Below, piece by piece: positions 1-7,483 of a stretch of 50,868 nt of DNA (positions are counted from its first letter, which is position 1; each line of letters starts with the position of its first letter). The translations under genes were made by a program, and so were the position numbers. The notes beneath the pieces were generated by a model that was not told the origin of the DNA, did not search any database, and saw only the letters and a list, made by a program, of their open reading frames with translations. Source of the stretch: Eggerthellaceae bacterium (GTDB lineage: Bacteria; Actinomycetota; Coriobacteriia; Coriobacteriales; Eggerthellaceae); assembly GCA_045545435.1 (NCBI GenBank), contig JAZQAV010000099.1:1-50868 (forward strand). Direction: 5' to 3'.

Positions 1-257
1 CCAGCGCACGCAATCTGGTCGAATCCGCCGAAGAACGGCAGGCTGCCGTCTCCCCCGTACGCGAACGACCATCCGCAGACCACCCAGAGCACGCCCACGA
101 TTCCGATCACGCCCATGACCATGATCATGGTGTTCACAACGTTCTTGCGTCGCGAAAGACCGCCGTAGAAAAAGGCGAGTCCTGGCGTCATAAGCAGCAC
201 CAGCATCGTGCACACAACCATAAACGCTGTGGACCCCGAATCGTACACAGTAACCAC
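1..257 (-). CDS. amt: ammonium transporter (Amt/AmtB family), N-terminal ~85 codons; the rest lies beyond the left window edge
   Basis: Not in the ORF track because it runs off the window. Hand translation of the minus strand from GTG at 257 gives VVTVYDSGSTAFMVVCTMLVLLMTPGLAFFYGGLSRRKNVVNTMIMVMGVIGIVGVLWVVCGWSFAYGGDG. This carries the Amt signature LMTPGLAFFYGG. An AGAGAGG Shine-Dalgarno lies ~6 nt upstream. Confidence 0.85.
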   Translation of the reverse strand, partial: MVTVYDSGSTAFMVVCTMLVLLMTPGLAFFYGGLSRRKNVVNTMIMVMGVIGIVGVLWVVCGWSFAYGGDGSLPFFGGFDQIACA

Positions 258-468
258 CCAACCTCTCTTAGCTTGTACCATGCTGCTTGGGGCGATGTCG
301 CATGCGATTGCCTATCTCATGCGACCGATTTGTTTGAGCATGGCCATGCGTGTTTAACAAAAACGAGTCTAGGGCGGGTGTATTTCCTGCAGATTGCAGT
401 AACAGAGGCGAAACGAGGCCTTAATCGCGCCGAAAAGAACGCGAAACCTCACCGAAACAGGGGCGGCG

Positions 469-912
469 CTAGAGGTGCGGGTAGGGGTGTGCAACGATGA
501 TGCTGGCGGGGCGCGAAACGGCGGCACCGGCAACGGTTTCCTCGGTGCTGAGGGTGTTCAACTTAAGCGTGTGGGAGCCCCAAACGGTTATGGCTTTAAG
601 AAGCGCCAGCGCATCTTCTTTGTCGCAAGCGGCTACGATGCGATCTTCGTAGGCGGCAAGCCAGTAATTAGCGTTGAAGAGCAGGCGATCCGCGGACGCT
701 TGCGTCCCGCGACGCAGTCCCGAGCGATCCGACGATTCAATCGAGAAAACCGTTTTGGGCGCGAGCGAGTATTCGCGTGCCTGGTATGCGCAGATGACCG
801 TTTTTACGATCTCTATAGGCTTGATGCCCTCAGGGCGCTTTTCAAGCTCCTTTGCGAGCATTTCTTTTGCAGCGTCAACTGCTGTTCTGGCTTTTGGCTT
901 TGGTTTGGTCAT
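469..912 (-). CDS. hypothetical protein, 147 aa (Lys/Glu-rich N-terminus, no motif recognised)
   Basis: ORF track 469..912(-). The composition is protein-like, unlike the Arg/Gly-rich overlapping plus-strand ORFs. ATG start. No family recognised. Confidence 0.5.
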   Translation of the reverse strand: MTKPKPKARTAVDAAKEMLAKELEKRPEGIKPIEIVKTVICAYQAREYSLAPKTVFSIESSDRSGLRRGTQASADRLLFNANYWLAAYEDRIVAACDKEDALALLKAITVWGSHTLKLNTLSTEETVAGAAVSRPASIIVAHPYPHL

Positions 913-1148
913 TTCGGCAGGCCTTTATCAATGGTGTGAGCGGTTGTTTCCAGCGGGTCTGCGCGTTTGGTTGGGCTTTGGTCCGTCACCCTGAGTGCAG
1001 TAATTTCGCCTGACCATATGATATCCGTTCGCATCCCGCTCATTGGGCAACGGATGCGCGTTATTGCGCTCGCTGATGGTGCAACCGAATGGTTTGCCAT
1101 TGCTCTCGTTGTCGCGCGGTGCCGTGTTTGTCGCGCGCCAGGCGCCAT
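909..1148 (-). CDS. questionable 79-aa ORF overlapping the downstream ORF by ATGA
   Basis: The stop/start overlap ATGA at 909-912 suggests translational coupling. However, third-position GC is only ~54% by my hand count. Another minus-strand frame with no start codon (ending at TGA 928-930) has ~62% GC3 and reads more like protein. See findings. Confidence 0.2.
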   Translation of the reverse strand: MAPGARQTRHRATTRAMANHSVAPSASAITRIRCPMSGMRTDIIWSGEITALRVTDQSPTKRADPLETTAHTIDKGLPK

Positions 1149-1255
1149 CTCGTGCGTTTGCTTTCAGCGGCTCTTCTCATAAGAACGGGTAGGCATAGTC
1201 GAAAAAAATGCAACCGAGATGCGCGTGCAGGTAAATACGAATATAAAGTCGTAAT

Positions 1256-1284
1256 TTGGCATTCTGTCTAAACATTATTAAAAT
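1256..1284 (+). promoter_or_regulatory. sigma-70-like promoter for the 1321 operon
   Basis: TTGGCA (1256-1261), an exact 17-nt spacer, then TAAAAT (1279-1284). This sits ~37 nt upstream of the GTG start at 1321, which has a GAGGGG RBS. Confidence 0.5.
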
Positions 1285-1320
1285 ACTCGTCATGTTTAAA
1301 AGCGACCTGAGGGGTGTATC

Positions 1321-3420
1321 GTGTTTTACTACGATCGATCCGTGCTGCCTGTCTATGCATCTGACGTTGTTGTTTACAGCTTAGACTGGGATATTCTTGA
1401 AAGCCTTATTTGCGAACATCCCTGTAATATCGTAATGGTTGAGGTTGCGGGAAAGTTAAGCGGAATAATCAGCAATGGCGATATGATTCGCGCTCGAGAG
1501 CAAGGCGCAAATTCCGTTGCTGTAAACACGAATATCACGTCGCTTCAGGGCAAGCGGTTCATGGAGGCTCGCGAGATATTTAAGGCCAAGGATTTCATCC
1601 GCGAGATTCCGGTGGTGGATGAAAACGGTGCGCTCACTGGTATATGCAGCCGCTACGACGACTTGCTGTACCTGGAATACAGCAACCCTTGGACTTCGAA
1701 TCGTTATGCCGAGCCGTTCGTAAAGCAATACAAACGCGTTTACTTTGTAAAGCCGCCCGAGGGCGACAGCGAGCGCCAGTCCGTCATGCAAACATGGGTG
1801 GAGCATTTCGAAAACTGGGGCGTTGCGTGCGAGCTCATTGATTTTGCGAGCATCCCTCTTGTAGCCGATCGGGCGAAGGCCATTCTGGTAACCGACGAGG
1901 AACAGAGTTTGGCCGCTCATGCATATTTAGAGGTAATACTGCAGAAGCAGTTTCCTTGGGGTGTTTTAAGGTCGTGCAAAGAATTTGAGAGCGCCATGGC
2001 GGAACACGCCTACGATGATTTGGTCCAAAAGCTGGCGAATGCGGGCGTATCCATTTACAACCTCATCTTTACCACCGATGAAACCACGCCTGGTAGGAAA
2101 CGTTTGAACGAAGGCTTTCGCAATTGGTTGGCGAAGCCCGAAGCGCGCAAGGTAAACCCGTATGTAGTTCCATCGCAAGCGAAGGCTTTCTACGGGGAAG
2201 ACTACAGCGAATCGTATGCTCAGCAAGTTGGCAAACATGTTGTTGAGCTTGAAAAGAATGACAACTATACGCGTTTGAAAGACTGCAGCTACCCCTATTT
2301 CAACGTCGTGAACGGAGAGCGCGTAACCATTGGGCAACCAGATGACGCGCCGCGCACCATCTACTTCTTTGGTCCGTGCATCATGATAGGGGCGTTCGTT
2401 GAGGACGCGCATACGATTGAGAGCTGGCTGCAACAAAAGCTGAACGCCGCCGGCTATCGCTTCAAAGTGGTTAACTGCGGGTGCTATGAAAGCCATTATC
2501 AAGAAATGGTGCACATGGCTTCAACGCCCATGAAACCAGGCGACATTGTGGTCATGCATATTGAAAACAGGCACTATGCAGGCACGACTGCTCTTGATGT
2601 GACCGATGTGCTGGACAAGCATAATGTTCCCAATGATTGGCTTTTGGACATTCCCTTGCATTGCAACGGCAAGGTAAACGAACTGTATGCCGAAGCGCTC
2701 TTTCAGCGCATGTTGGAGGATGGCGTGTTGGACGATGCGCCCCAAACCGCATCGATTGATGCCCAATCTGCTGGTAAGCGCGTCATGCTCACGCGCGAGA
2801 TGGCGGTGAATTCGCTGTATCTCGATTTGTATTTTAATGACTTCCACCCAGAAGAGGGCATGACCGTTGGCACCGTTGGCATGCACGGCAACCCCTTCAC
2901 GCTGGGTCATCGTTACCTTATTGAAACGGCCAGCAAGCGCGTCGATAAGCTGTTCGTGCTTCTTATCGGTGACGATCTGGGGATATTCAGCTACGCCGAG
3001 CGGTTTGCGATGGCGGTTGACGCCACGCGCGATCTTCAGAACGTCACCATTGTCTCCGGCGGCCCCTTCCAAGCCACCAGGAATGTGTTCCAGGGGTATT
3101 TCCTGCGCATCGAACCTTCTGAGATGAAAGATGATGCCCTTGACGATACGCTCATCTACGCAGAGATCATTGCGAAAAGGCTCGGGGTTACATATCGTTT
3201 TCTTGGCGATGAGCGACATAATCCCAAAATGAGCTTCTTTAACGAGCTCATGCTTGAAACGCTTCCAAAATACGGTATCAATGCGATTGAAATACCGCGC
3301 TTGGCAATAGACGGCAAGTCTATCTCGGCATCAACAAGCCGTGATGCCGCACGTGACGGCGATGTCGATACGCTGCTTAAGAACGTTCCGGAAACAACGC
3401 TCAAATATCTTATCGGCTAG
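1321..3420 (+). CDS. multidomain protein: N-terminal CBS pair, unknown central region, C-terminal citrate-lyase-ligase-like (CitC C-terminal domain) HIGH-type nucleotidyltransferase
   Basis: The N-terminus shows CBS-like segments: VMVEVAGKLSGIISNGDMIRA and IREIPVVDENGALTGICSRYD. The C-terminus reads GMHGNPFTLGHRYLIETASKRVDKLFVLLIGDD...RFLGDERHNP...GKSISASTSRDA...TTLKYL. This follows the CitC pattern NPFTxGHxYL ... FvGtEp ... ISAS..R as I recall it. GTG start with a GAGGGG RBS. Confidence 0.75.
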   Translation: MFYYDRSVLPVYASDVVVYSLDWDILESLICEHPCNIVMVEVAGKLSGIISNGDMIRAREQGANSVAVNTNITSLQGKRFMEAREIFKAKDFIREIPVVDENGALTGICSRYDDLLYLEYSNPWTSNRYAEPFVKQYKRVYFVKPPEGDSERQSVMQTWVEHFENWGVACELIDFASIPLVADRAKAILVTDEEQSLAAHAYLEVILQKQFPWGVLRSCKEFESAMAEHAYDDLVQKLANAGVSIYNLIFTTDETTPGRKRLNEGFRNWLAKPEARKVNPYVVPSQAKAFYGEDYSESYAQQVGKHVVELEKNDNYTRLKDCSYPYFNVVNGERVTIGQPDDAPRTIYFFGPCIMIGAFVEDAHTIESWLQQKLNAAGYRFKVVNCGCYESHYQEMVHMASTPMKPGDIVVMHIENRHYAGTTALDVTDVLDKHNVPNDWLLDIPLHCNGKVNELYAEALFQRMLEDGVLDDAPQTASIDAQSAGKRVMLTREMAVNSLYLDLYFNDFHPEEGMTVGTVGMHGNPFTLGHRYLIETASKRVDKLFVLLIGDDLGIFSYAERFAMAVDATRDLQNVTIVSGGPFQATRNVFQGYFLRIEPSEMKDDALDDTLIYAEIIAKRLGVTYRFLGDERHNPKMSFFNELMLETLPKYGINAIEIPRLAIDGKSISASTSRDAARDGDVDTLLKNVPETTLKYLIG

Positions 3421-3448
3421 TTGGAAACGCGTTTGAGGTAGGTTGCAC

Positions 3449-3565
3449 ATGGCTGATCGCATACAACTCGCTTTATGGGGGTATGGGTATTATGGCAAGG
3501 ACTTCGAAGCTGTTTTGAAGCAAAGCTGGGCTGATACCTGCACCGTTACGGCCCTTTTCGATTAG
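3449..3565 (+). pseudogene. 38-codon N-terminal fragment, in frame with the GT61 gene below and ended by TAG 3563-3565
   Basis: ATG 3449 has a GAGGTAGG RBS. It translates to MADRIQLALWGYGYYGKDFEAVLKQSWADTCTVTALFD followed by TAG. The same frame continues without another stop into GTG 3605. The peptide across the stop reads as one Rossmann-like segment. Confidence 0.55.
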
Positions 3566-3604
3566 CGGTTCGAGCACATTAACAATGCCACGCCGGACAA
3601 ATCC

Positions 3605-4744
3605 GTGAAAGACCCCGCTGACATCGAAAGGTTTTATCGCGCGGGTCTTTTCGATGCGGTTGTGGTGGGCATTTTCAATCAGCGGCAGCGAGAGCAGGTT
3701 GAATATCTGCTGTACGGGAAGGGAATACCCGTGGTTTCCCTTATTCGGTCGCCTGTTTTTAAACCGCTCGAGTTCTTTGAGCAAGCGCCCAGCGAATTGT
3801 CTCTCAAGTGGAGCGGATATAGCCTCTGTGAATTCGAGGGGATGCGCCTGGAGGTGCAACCGCACAGCGGGTATCCGTTTATTTACGACAAGAATGGCAA
3901 CGTGAACAGCGCGTATTGGCTTGACTATCACTTTCTGCAAGAACCCTTTGCGCGCCTGTTCCGCCCTTCCGAAAACGCTGTGGAGGTCGAGCTTGCCGGG
4001 CAGTGGTGCGTGCTGGCAAAGGTGTATGCGAAAAACTACTGGCACTTTACGTTCGAGGTGCTCGATCAGGTGTGGATGCTCGAAAAAAGCGGTTATCAGG
4101 GGAACTATATTTTAAACAAGCCCTCGTTTGCGCCTGAGCTGCTAACGTTGCTGGGCATTGACCTGAAACGGGTGTTTTGGCTTGAAGATTTTGACGAGGG
4201 TACGGCATACCGCATCGAAAGGCTTGTGTGCACCGTTCTTAATAAGAACAATGGCGCGCACTCTGCCAGGGTTTTAACGGAAATGGCGCCGGACATTGTA
4301 CGCAACCTGCCGCCATCTGACATTTCTTATCCCGAACGCGTATACGTGAAGCGCATAGGCACGCGCAAGCTGAATGTTTCGGAAGAGATGCTGCGCCAAT
4401 ACGGATTTGTAACCATAATTCCCGAAGAACTGAGCGTTGCCGAGCAAATCAGCTATTTCCATAACGCCCGTGTTGTGCTGTCGCCGCATGGCGCCAACAC
4501 AACGAACTCGCTTTACATGAAGCCCGGTAGCGTGCTTATTGAAACGTTTCCCAACGAGTACACCATCTACTTCTTTTTGCACACGCTCAGGTTGCAAGGC
4601 GTGCACTATATTCCCCTTGCTGAGTCGAAACTGGATGCGGAAGGTCACCCAGGGGGCATGTTTGCAGATTATTCGATAGATCCCCGTTTGCTGGAAATGG
4701 CAATCAAGAGCGCCATTCAGCTAGCGGGCACAACAAACTGCTAG
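3605..4744 (+). CDS. glycosyltransferase family 61 / DUF563 protein (as given in the ORF track; probably the truncated remainder of a 3449..4744 gene)
   Basis: Motifs typical of DUF563/GT61 are present: NYWHFTFEVLDQVWMLEKSG and SVAEQISYFHNARVVLSPHGANTTNSLYMKPGSVLIETFP. GTG 3605 has no recognisable RBS. Confidence 0.7.
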   Translation: MKDPADIERFYRAGLFDAVVVGIFNQRQREQVEYLLYGKGIPVVSLIRSPVFKPLEFFEQAPSELSLKWSGYSLCEFEGMRLEVQPHSGYPFIYDKNGNVNSAYWLDYHFLQEPFARLFRPSENAVEVELAGQWCVLAKVYAKNYWHFTFEVLDQVWMLEKSGYQGNYILNKPSFAPELLTLLGIDLKRVFWLEDFDEGTAYRIERLVCTVLNKNNGAHSARVLTEMAPDIVRNLPPSDISYPERVYVKRIGTRKLNVSEEMLRQYGFVTIIPEELSVAEQISYFHNARVVLSPHGANTTNSLYMKPGSVLIETFPNEYTIYFFLHTLRLQGVHYIPLAESKLDAEGHPGGMFADYSIDPRLLEMAIKSAIQLAGTTNC

Positions 4745-4774
4745 CCTGGGGCAAGCCCTGGGTGCAACAGCCAT

Positions 4775-6226
4775 CTATTTCTTTGGCGAATGGTAGAACA
4801 ACACGGTAACCAGGGCGCACAGGTTAAACACGGCAACGCACAGCAGCATGTTCTGGTAACCGGCCAAACCGGGCGCGCTGGCGATCATTCCCGTGAGAAT
4901 TGCAGGAGCAACGGTGGTTCCTATCTGGCGAATGAGCGTGATAGTGGCAATGGCGGCAGCGCTATCGGCTTTGTTCGTGTTTTCCAGAATCATGTAATTG
5001 GTAGGGGCGCCCATGGCAAATCCCATGCCCAGGCCCACCACGAATAAGCCAGCAATAAGCGTGGGCATGCTGGGTGCCACCACCGCAATAAGCGCAAGGT
5101 ACAAAAGACCCGCTATGCCAACCGAGAACCCAATAATAAGCACTGGCTTGGGTCCAATTTTGTCGATGGCTTTTCCGCCCAGGGGAGTCACGATGATGGA
5201 TGCCGCGCCAATAGCCAAAATGTAGTAACCGCCCGATCCCAGTGGGGCTCCCATGGCATACTCTGCCATTTCGGGAACAAGCACCAGCGATATCACGAAG
5301 CAGCCAATGAAGAACGAGGCAATCATCACCACCGCGATGGGCTTGCTGTGGAAGTACTCAAGATGAAAGACCGGGTCTTGGGCCTTTTGCTCGGCGAAGC
5401 GGAAGGCAAGCGCGCATACAAGGGCGCTTGCAAAGCAGGCGAGCGTTGGCGCTGATGTGATGCTGGCGGCGAAATTGGTGAAATCGATGCTGCGGATTCC
5501 CAGCAAAAGCAACAGAACAAAAAGCACGAACAGTATTGATCCCGCTACATCGGATGTGCCTGCGGAAGAGGCGGATGCTAGCTTGTGGCCGCGTGCTTGT
5601 TCGGCGGCGACAGCTTGGTCGTTGGGTACGAAGGCGACCGCCATGAACATGATTGCGATGCAAAGCGGAATGCACAAGTAGAACATCACGGGCCAGTTTT
5701 GGATTCCAAAAGCACCCATAATGGCACTGCCAACTGCAGCTCCAAGCACATTTGAAAGGCCCATGGTGGCTGCGGCCATTCCCAAGGCCATTCCGCGTTT
5801 TTCCTCCGGGAAGGTAGCTGCTATCTGCGCGTTTGCGACAGGTATCATGCCGCCGGCGCCAGCGGCCTGCATAACGCGGCCTACCAGCAGCACGTTGAAG
5901 TTGTTGAGGGGTTGCGCGAGTCCGCAGGTTAAAGACCCTACGGCAAAGATGCCGACGCATATAACAAAAATGCGCTTTCTACCGCGGCGGTCGGCCGCCT
6001 TTCCAATGATGGGGATAAGGGCGGCGTAGAACAGCGAGTAGATGTTAATCATCCATATTCCCGTTGCGCCATCAACGCCCAGGTCGGCTTGGACAACCGT
6101 GCGCACGGGTGCAACCGCGCCAAGGTACAGGCCTCCAATAAGTATACCGAGCAAAAACGTAGCGAGTACGGCTCCGGTTTTCGGCGCTCCGTTTGACGGC
6201 GCGCCTTGGGGTAGATCAGCAACCAC
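4775..6226 (-). CDS. MFS transporter, DHA2 (14-TMS drug:H+ antiporter-like) family
   Basis: 483 aa and very hydrophobic. It has the MFS loop motif GKAADRRGRKRIF and the length expected for a 14-TMS protein. GTG start is 9 nt after the upstream gene's stop. Confidence 0.85.
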   Translation of the reverse strand: MVADLPQGAPSNGAPKTGAVLATFLLGILIGGLYLGAVAPVRTVVQADLGVDGATGIWMINIYSLFYAALIPIIGKAADRRGRKRIFVICVGIFAVGSLTCGLAQPLNNFNVLLVGRVMQAAGAGGMIPVANAQIAATFPEEKRGMALGMAAATMGLSNVLGAAVGSAIMGAFGIQNWPVMFYLCIPLCIAIMFMAVAFVPNDQAVAAEQARGHKLASASSAGTSDVAGSILFVLFVLLLLLGIRSIDFTNFAASITSAPTLACFASALVCALAFRFAEQKAQDPVFHLEYFHSKPIAVVMIASFFIGCFVISLVLVPEMAEYAMGAPLGSGGYYILAIGAASIIVTPLGGKAIDKIGPKPVLIIGFSVGIAGLLYLALIAVVAPSMPTLIAGLFVVGLGMGFAMGAPTNYMILENTNKADSAAAIATITLIRQIGTTVAPAILTGMIASAPGLAGYQNMLLCVAVFNLCALVTVLFYHSPKK

Positions 6227-6235
6227 AATAATGTC

Positions 6236-7234
6236 CTAACGCAAAGCGAAGCTACCCAGATAGCGCAACGAAAATGCCTTGTTGCCGCTCAGGGTTTTGA
6301 AGGCGTCGTATCCGCCGCCTTCGCATTCGATAAGATAATGGTAGTTACCCAATTGGGTTTTCTCGGGGCGGTCGTGAACGGCTACGATGCTTAAGCCAGC
6401 GGCGCTAGCCTCGTTCAACAATGCGGTAAGCTGCGAGGCGGGGCCAGTGGCTACGAAGACCATGCGGTCTGCGGGCTTTTGGTTGGGCGCCTCGGTTGAT
6501 AACACGTAAAAACGGGTGACGTTGTCGTCATTCATCTGAATGCTGGGAGCAAGCACCGTAAGGCCGTACAGCTCAGCGGCGGACGCCGATCCAATTGCCG
6601 CACATTGAAGTCCTTCGGATTCGGCGGCTTTACGCGCGCCTTCAGCCGTGGAAGAAACCTCAACCAGCTGGGCGTTGGGAAGGTTTGCTTCGACCCAGGC
6701 CTTTCCTTGGGCGATGCCTTGCTTGTGCGAGTACACAACGGTAATGTCGTCGTACGTTGCTTCGGGTTTTGCCAGTATGTTCTGCGTTATCGGCAGTTCC
6801 ACCTCGCCAACGACGCTCACATTCTCGTGCGCTATAACTTCATCAAGGTATTCGCTTACCGGGCCGCCTATCGTGTTTTCTTGGGGAATGACGGCAAAGT
6901 CGCTATCGCCTACCACCAATGTCGCAATAGACGCGGCAACGTTTTCGCACGGAAGGTACGTCCCCTGCGCATTGAAGAACCGTGCGCAGGCTTCCTGTGT
7001 GTAGGTTCCCTGCGGTCCCAAATAGCTTACGCGTGTTTGCGAATAGTCAAGGTTCTCCGGAGAATCTTGGGAAGATGCGCTCTCTGAGGCGCTTCCCGTT
7101 GATGAAGCTGCGGCGCGGCTTGAGGCGTTGGATGACGCCGCAGATGCGCTTGCGTCGTTTTGAGACGCCGACGTGCATCCGGCAAAAGCTAAAACGCCTG
7201 CCAGCATTAAACTTATCAATCGAATGCGCTTCAT
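6236..7234 (-). CDS. prephenate-dehydratase (PDT) + ACT domain protein carrying an N-terminal lipoprotein signal peptide
   Basis: The lipobox is in MKRIRLISLMLAGVLAFAGC, followed by a Ser/Ala-rich linker. The PDT domain reads VSYLGPQGTYTQEA...AVIPQENTIGGPV...NVTRFYVLS and includes the conserved TRF. The ACT-like tail reads MVFVATGPASQLTALLNEASAAGLSIVAVHDRP...YHYLIECEG. RBS is GAAGGA. Confidence 0.8.
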   Translation of the reverse strand: MKRIRLISLMLAGVLAFAGCTSASQNDASASAASSNASSRAAASSTGSASESASSQDSPENLDYSQTRVSYLGPQGTYTQEACARFFNAQGTYLPCENVAASIATLVVGDSDFAVIPQENTIGGPVSEYLDEVIAHENVSVVGEVELPITQNILAKPEATYDDITVVYSHKQGIAQGKAWVEANLPNAQLVEVSSTAEGARKAAESEGLQCAAIGSASAAELYGLTVLAPSIQMNDDNVTRFYVLSTEAPNQKPADRMVFVATGPASQLTALLNEASAAGLSIVAVHDRPEKTQLGNYHYLIECEGGGYDAFKTLSGNKAFSLRYLGSFALR

Positions 7235-7422
7235 CGGGTCCTTCTTTTGCGTTTTGGTGTTGCCAGTTTGGGGATTATAGCATCATGCGCCGTTCGTGGT
7301 TGGCCAGACGGCAGATGCTCGCTGTTTTGCACGAGAGCTCAGCCTGCAAAGCGACGCTTTCGACGCTCCGCTAACGTGCAGGGGCATGCGCGGGTTTGTT
7401 TTCAAAAAAATTACAAAAGCCC

Positions 7423-7453
7423 TTGACCCTGACGTTACGTCATAGTTTATGCT
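7423..7453 (+). promoter_or_regulatory. MerR-type promoter/operator with a 19-bp spacer and internal dyad
   Basis: TTGACC (7423-7428), a 19-nt spacer, then TATGCT (7448-7453). The spacer contains the dyad TGACGTTACGTCA (7430-7442). It lies directly upstream of the MerR/TipA gene. Confidence 0.7.
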
Positions 7454-7483
7454 CGTCGTACGGCGGAGAAAGGGAGCAACATC

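Noticed and set aside
298-325. The palindrome TCGCATGCGA (298-307) and the related TCATGCGA (317-324) upstream of amt as a nitrogen-regulator site
   Set aside because: The elements are short and I cannot match them to a known GlnR, TnrA or AmtR consensus. They could be chance matches in GC-rich DNA.
3563-3565. TAG decoded as pyrrolysine
   Set aside because: No pylT/pylS/pylBCD-like genes or methylamine methyltransferases are in the window, and I know of no reason to expect Pyl decoding in this lineage. A nonsense mutation or a sequencing error is more likely. It is kept only as an option to test.
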